Shown piece by piece: positions 22,226-24,000 of a stretch of DNA of 24,000 nucleotides. The translations under genes were made by a program, and so were the position numbers. The stretch is from Anaerolineaceae bacterium. Its GTDB lineage: Bacteria; Chloroflexota; Anaerolineae; Anaerolineales; Anaerolineaceae. Under the pieces are notes generated by a model that made no database searches, was not told the DNA's origin, and worked only from the letters and a program-made list of their open reading frames with translations. Within the stretch, counting starts at the first letter, position 1, and each line of letters opens with the position of its first letter. Location of the stretch: positions 25,565 to 49,564 of the forward strand of contig JAYFRD010000032.1 in assembly GCA_034926255.1 (NCBI GenBank). The letters run 5' to 3'.

Positions 22226-23815
22226 TCACCCTCCCCCAAGCCAAGACCAAACTAAAACAAAGACCGCGATAAAAAATACAATCAGCAAATCATAAAGCAA
22301 AAGTTTTTTAAGCACACCGCCCTCTTTGCCAACCAACCCAATTGTTGAGCAACCCACAATCACTTTTGCAGGCGTCATTACACTGCCAATTGAAGCGCCG
22401 GCGGTTTGGGCAGCCAGCATCAGAGGGATTGAAAGGCGCAGAATGGAGGCTGCTTCCATATGAAGCGGAGCAAAAAGAACGTTTGAGTTATTGTTGGAAC
22501 CGGTGAGGAAAGCCCCCAGCATACCAATAAAAGGAACCACAGCGGGATACAAAAAGCTGCTAAGCGCTTCTCCAAGGCCTTTTGCAAGAATGCTCGTCAT
22601 CCCGCTGTGTGACATGATCTGTGAGACGCCTACCATTGTCAGAATGCCCAGGCTGGGTTCAACCGCTGTATGGACGCTGCGCTCCAGGATTCTTTTAGGG
22701 GAACCTTTGCGCAAGAGGCCATTGCTGGCATAAACAAGGCCTCCAAGCAGAATAGCCAGAAAAGAAAGAGTACCGGAATGCATTAAAGGCTGTATGTCTT
22801 TGCCGTGACCAGCTGACACGCTCCAACCGAGGCTCGTTGTCAGTTTTGGAAAAACAAAGCTGATTTGCCAGCTTTCCAACACGGACTTAAGCGGCGCAAT
22901 CGTTACTGTGAGAAAGCCCAAAGAAACCAAAATGATGTAAGGAATCATGGAAACCAGCACCAAGCGGCCAGAAAGACTGCGCACAGAATTTTGACCAGCA
23001 ACAGCGGAAGGCTGTTCCGCTTTGTAAACCGAAAGGCGGCGAATTAGAAAAAGCAAGCCAGCTCCAACAATTGCAGCCCCAAAAACAGAGACGTTCCCCA
23101 GCCCATGGGTAGCCATTCCAAACTGAGTAAGGCCCATCCCTGCCGTAAGCAAAAGTACGGCCAGCAGTCCATGCCTTATACCTTTCCAACTTTGGCTAAT
23201 GTGCAATACGGAAAGAGCACAAGGGAAAATGGCCAAGCCCAACAAGGCGGCCGAATCCGGGGCAAGTTGCTGCGCAGGGTAAGCGGAAACGGCTACCAAT
23301 GCATTAAAAGCGGCACCGATGGTGCCAAAACTGACCGACCAAGCATGCCCAAGACAGGCCATGACCACGGCATCCAGCGCATTAAAGCCCATGCTGAAAA
23401 GGATTGGAGCACAGATAGCCACAGGAACCCCAAAACCACCCATGCCTTGCATAAAAGAGGTAAGCACGATGGTAAGCATTAGAATTTGCAGGGTGCGATC
23501 TTTCATCCAAAGCGGTACAAGGTCGCCAATCAGCTTAATGGTACCGCCCTCATTGGCAAGGTGATAAAGCATGATAGCTCCCCATACCACCCAGAGAATA
23601 TCAAAAGAAAGTAAAAAGGCCTTCGCTTGCGACCAAGCAATTAACTGCCAATCCACGCCAAAGAAAAGAAAAGCAAGCAAAGCGGCCGTAAACCAGGCAG
23701 CTGCCGCGGCCCGAGTTCCACTCCATTTCAGGAAAATCATCAGTACGATCACCAACAAAATGGGAAGGAAAGAAAGCAGCCAGTTAAACCAGGTGAGTGC
23801 CATGCAAGCATCCAT
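22226..23815 (-). CDS. lctP: L-lactate/glycolate permease, LctP family
   Basis: Polytopic, and collinear with E. coli LldP from memory (LSFLPIL..., FMQGMGGFGVPVAI, GSNNNSNVLF). The start is uncertain: ATG 23815 or ATG 23803. I judge the 55-aa upstream extension in the ORF track non-coding. Confidence 0.82.
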   Translation of the reverse strand: MDACMALTWFNWLLSFLPILLVIVLMIFLKWSGTRAAAAAWFTAALLAFLFFGVDWQLIAWSQAKAFLLSFDILWVVWGAIMLYHLANEGGTIKLIGDLVPLWMKDRTLQILMLTIVLTSFMQGMGGFGVPVAICAPILFSMGFNALDAVVMACLGHAWSVSFGTIGAAFNALVAVSAYPAQQLAPDSAALLGLAIFPCALSVLHISQSWKGIRHGLLAVLLLTAGMGLTQFGMATHGLGNVSVFGAAIVGAGLLFLIRRLSVYKAEQPSAVAGQNSVRSLSGRLVLVSMIPYIILVSLGFLTVTIAPLKSVLESWQISFVFPKLTTSLGWSVSAGHGKDIQPLMHSGTLSFLAILLGGLVYASNGLLRKGSPKRILERSVHTAVEPSLGILTMVGVSQIMSHSGMTSILAKGLGEALSSFLYPAVVPFIGMLGAFLTGSNNNSNVLFAPLHMEAASILRLSIPLMLAAQTAGASIGSVMTPAKVIVGCSTIGLVGKEGGVLKKLLLYDLLIVFFIAVFVLVWSWLGGG

Positions 23816-24000
23816 TATAGCGAATAAGATGGAATTAGCGTGCCAATTCAGGAATATCCTTTGTTTCACATTATTTACCCCAAGGCAGTTGCATCTGAAT
23901 AGTGGGCAGTGAACCTGCATCAAATAACGCGTCACCCTGAACACAGTGAAGGGTGTGGCAGTCATCCTGGCTAAAGCCAAAACAGAAAATGCCAGATGCT

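Noticed and set aside
22051-22239. 63-aa N-terminal extension of the small membrane protein ORF (TTG start overlapping the permease end)
   Set aside because: The extension has non-membrane, low-complexity composition and no SD. The internal ATG at 22050 has an AGGA SD and starts directly before the hydrophobic core.
23816-23980. 55-aa N-terminal extension of the LctP permease ORF
   Set aside because: It is not matched by the LldP N-terminus, which aligns from LSFLPIL. It contains Cys/Arg-rich non-membrane sequence, and a TATAAT box lies inside it.
1-24000. Search by eye for CRISPR arrays, tRNA/rRNA genes, riboswitch-like or T-box leaders, and defence or toxin-antitoxin gene pairs
   Set aside because: I found no spaced direct repeats; the only tandem repeat is the 3x12-bp unit. 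There is no cloverleaf-like segment in any intergenic region. The argS leader is too short (about 30 nt) for a T-box. No ORF shows nuclease, reverse-transcriptase, Cas or toxin-like motifs.

Overview
Bacterial chromosomal segment with mid G+C. The taxon cannot be assigned without a database search. Most of the window is housekeeping: the 3' part of class II ribonucleotide reductase (nrdJ), a deoxynucleoside kinase, galT, obg, a COG2403/cDPG-synthetase-like P-loop protein, argS, rpsT, an SDR epimerase-like protein, a DUF1232 protein, murE with a small coupled membrane protein, and an LctP-family permease. Two regions look accessory. (1) About 10.5-18.6 kb is a visibly AT-rich, tightly packed minus-strand operon: PMI-like fusion protein, GH38 alpha-mannosidase, PTS IIB, IIC, IIA, GntR/HutC regulator. 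A frameshifted DDE transposase remnant abuts its 3' end. It resembles an mngRAB-type phospho-mannoside (for example mannosylglycerate) utilisation locus, but with split PTS subunits and an extra 594-aa protein whose N-terminal ~250 aa I cannot assign. (2) About 1.4-3.7 kb carries an Lsa-like ARE-type ABC-F ATPase between nrdJ and the kinase. It follows a ~440-nt leader containing a 3x12-bp tandem repeat, short SD-preceded uORFs, a perfect SD + ATG-TAA start-stop element and alternative pairings. A start-less coding remnant and a 19-bp perfect hairpin lie downstream. A third oddity sits at 5451-5530: a near-consensus extended -10 promoter reads directly into a strong plus-strand terminator hairpin with a C-rich loop, which is a candidate ~45-nt sRNA. 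I saw no CRISPR array, tRNA or rRNA, and no recognisable defence or toxin-antitoxin genes. All product calls rest on motif recognition by eye, not on searches.
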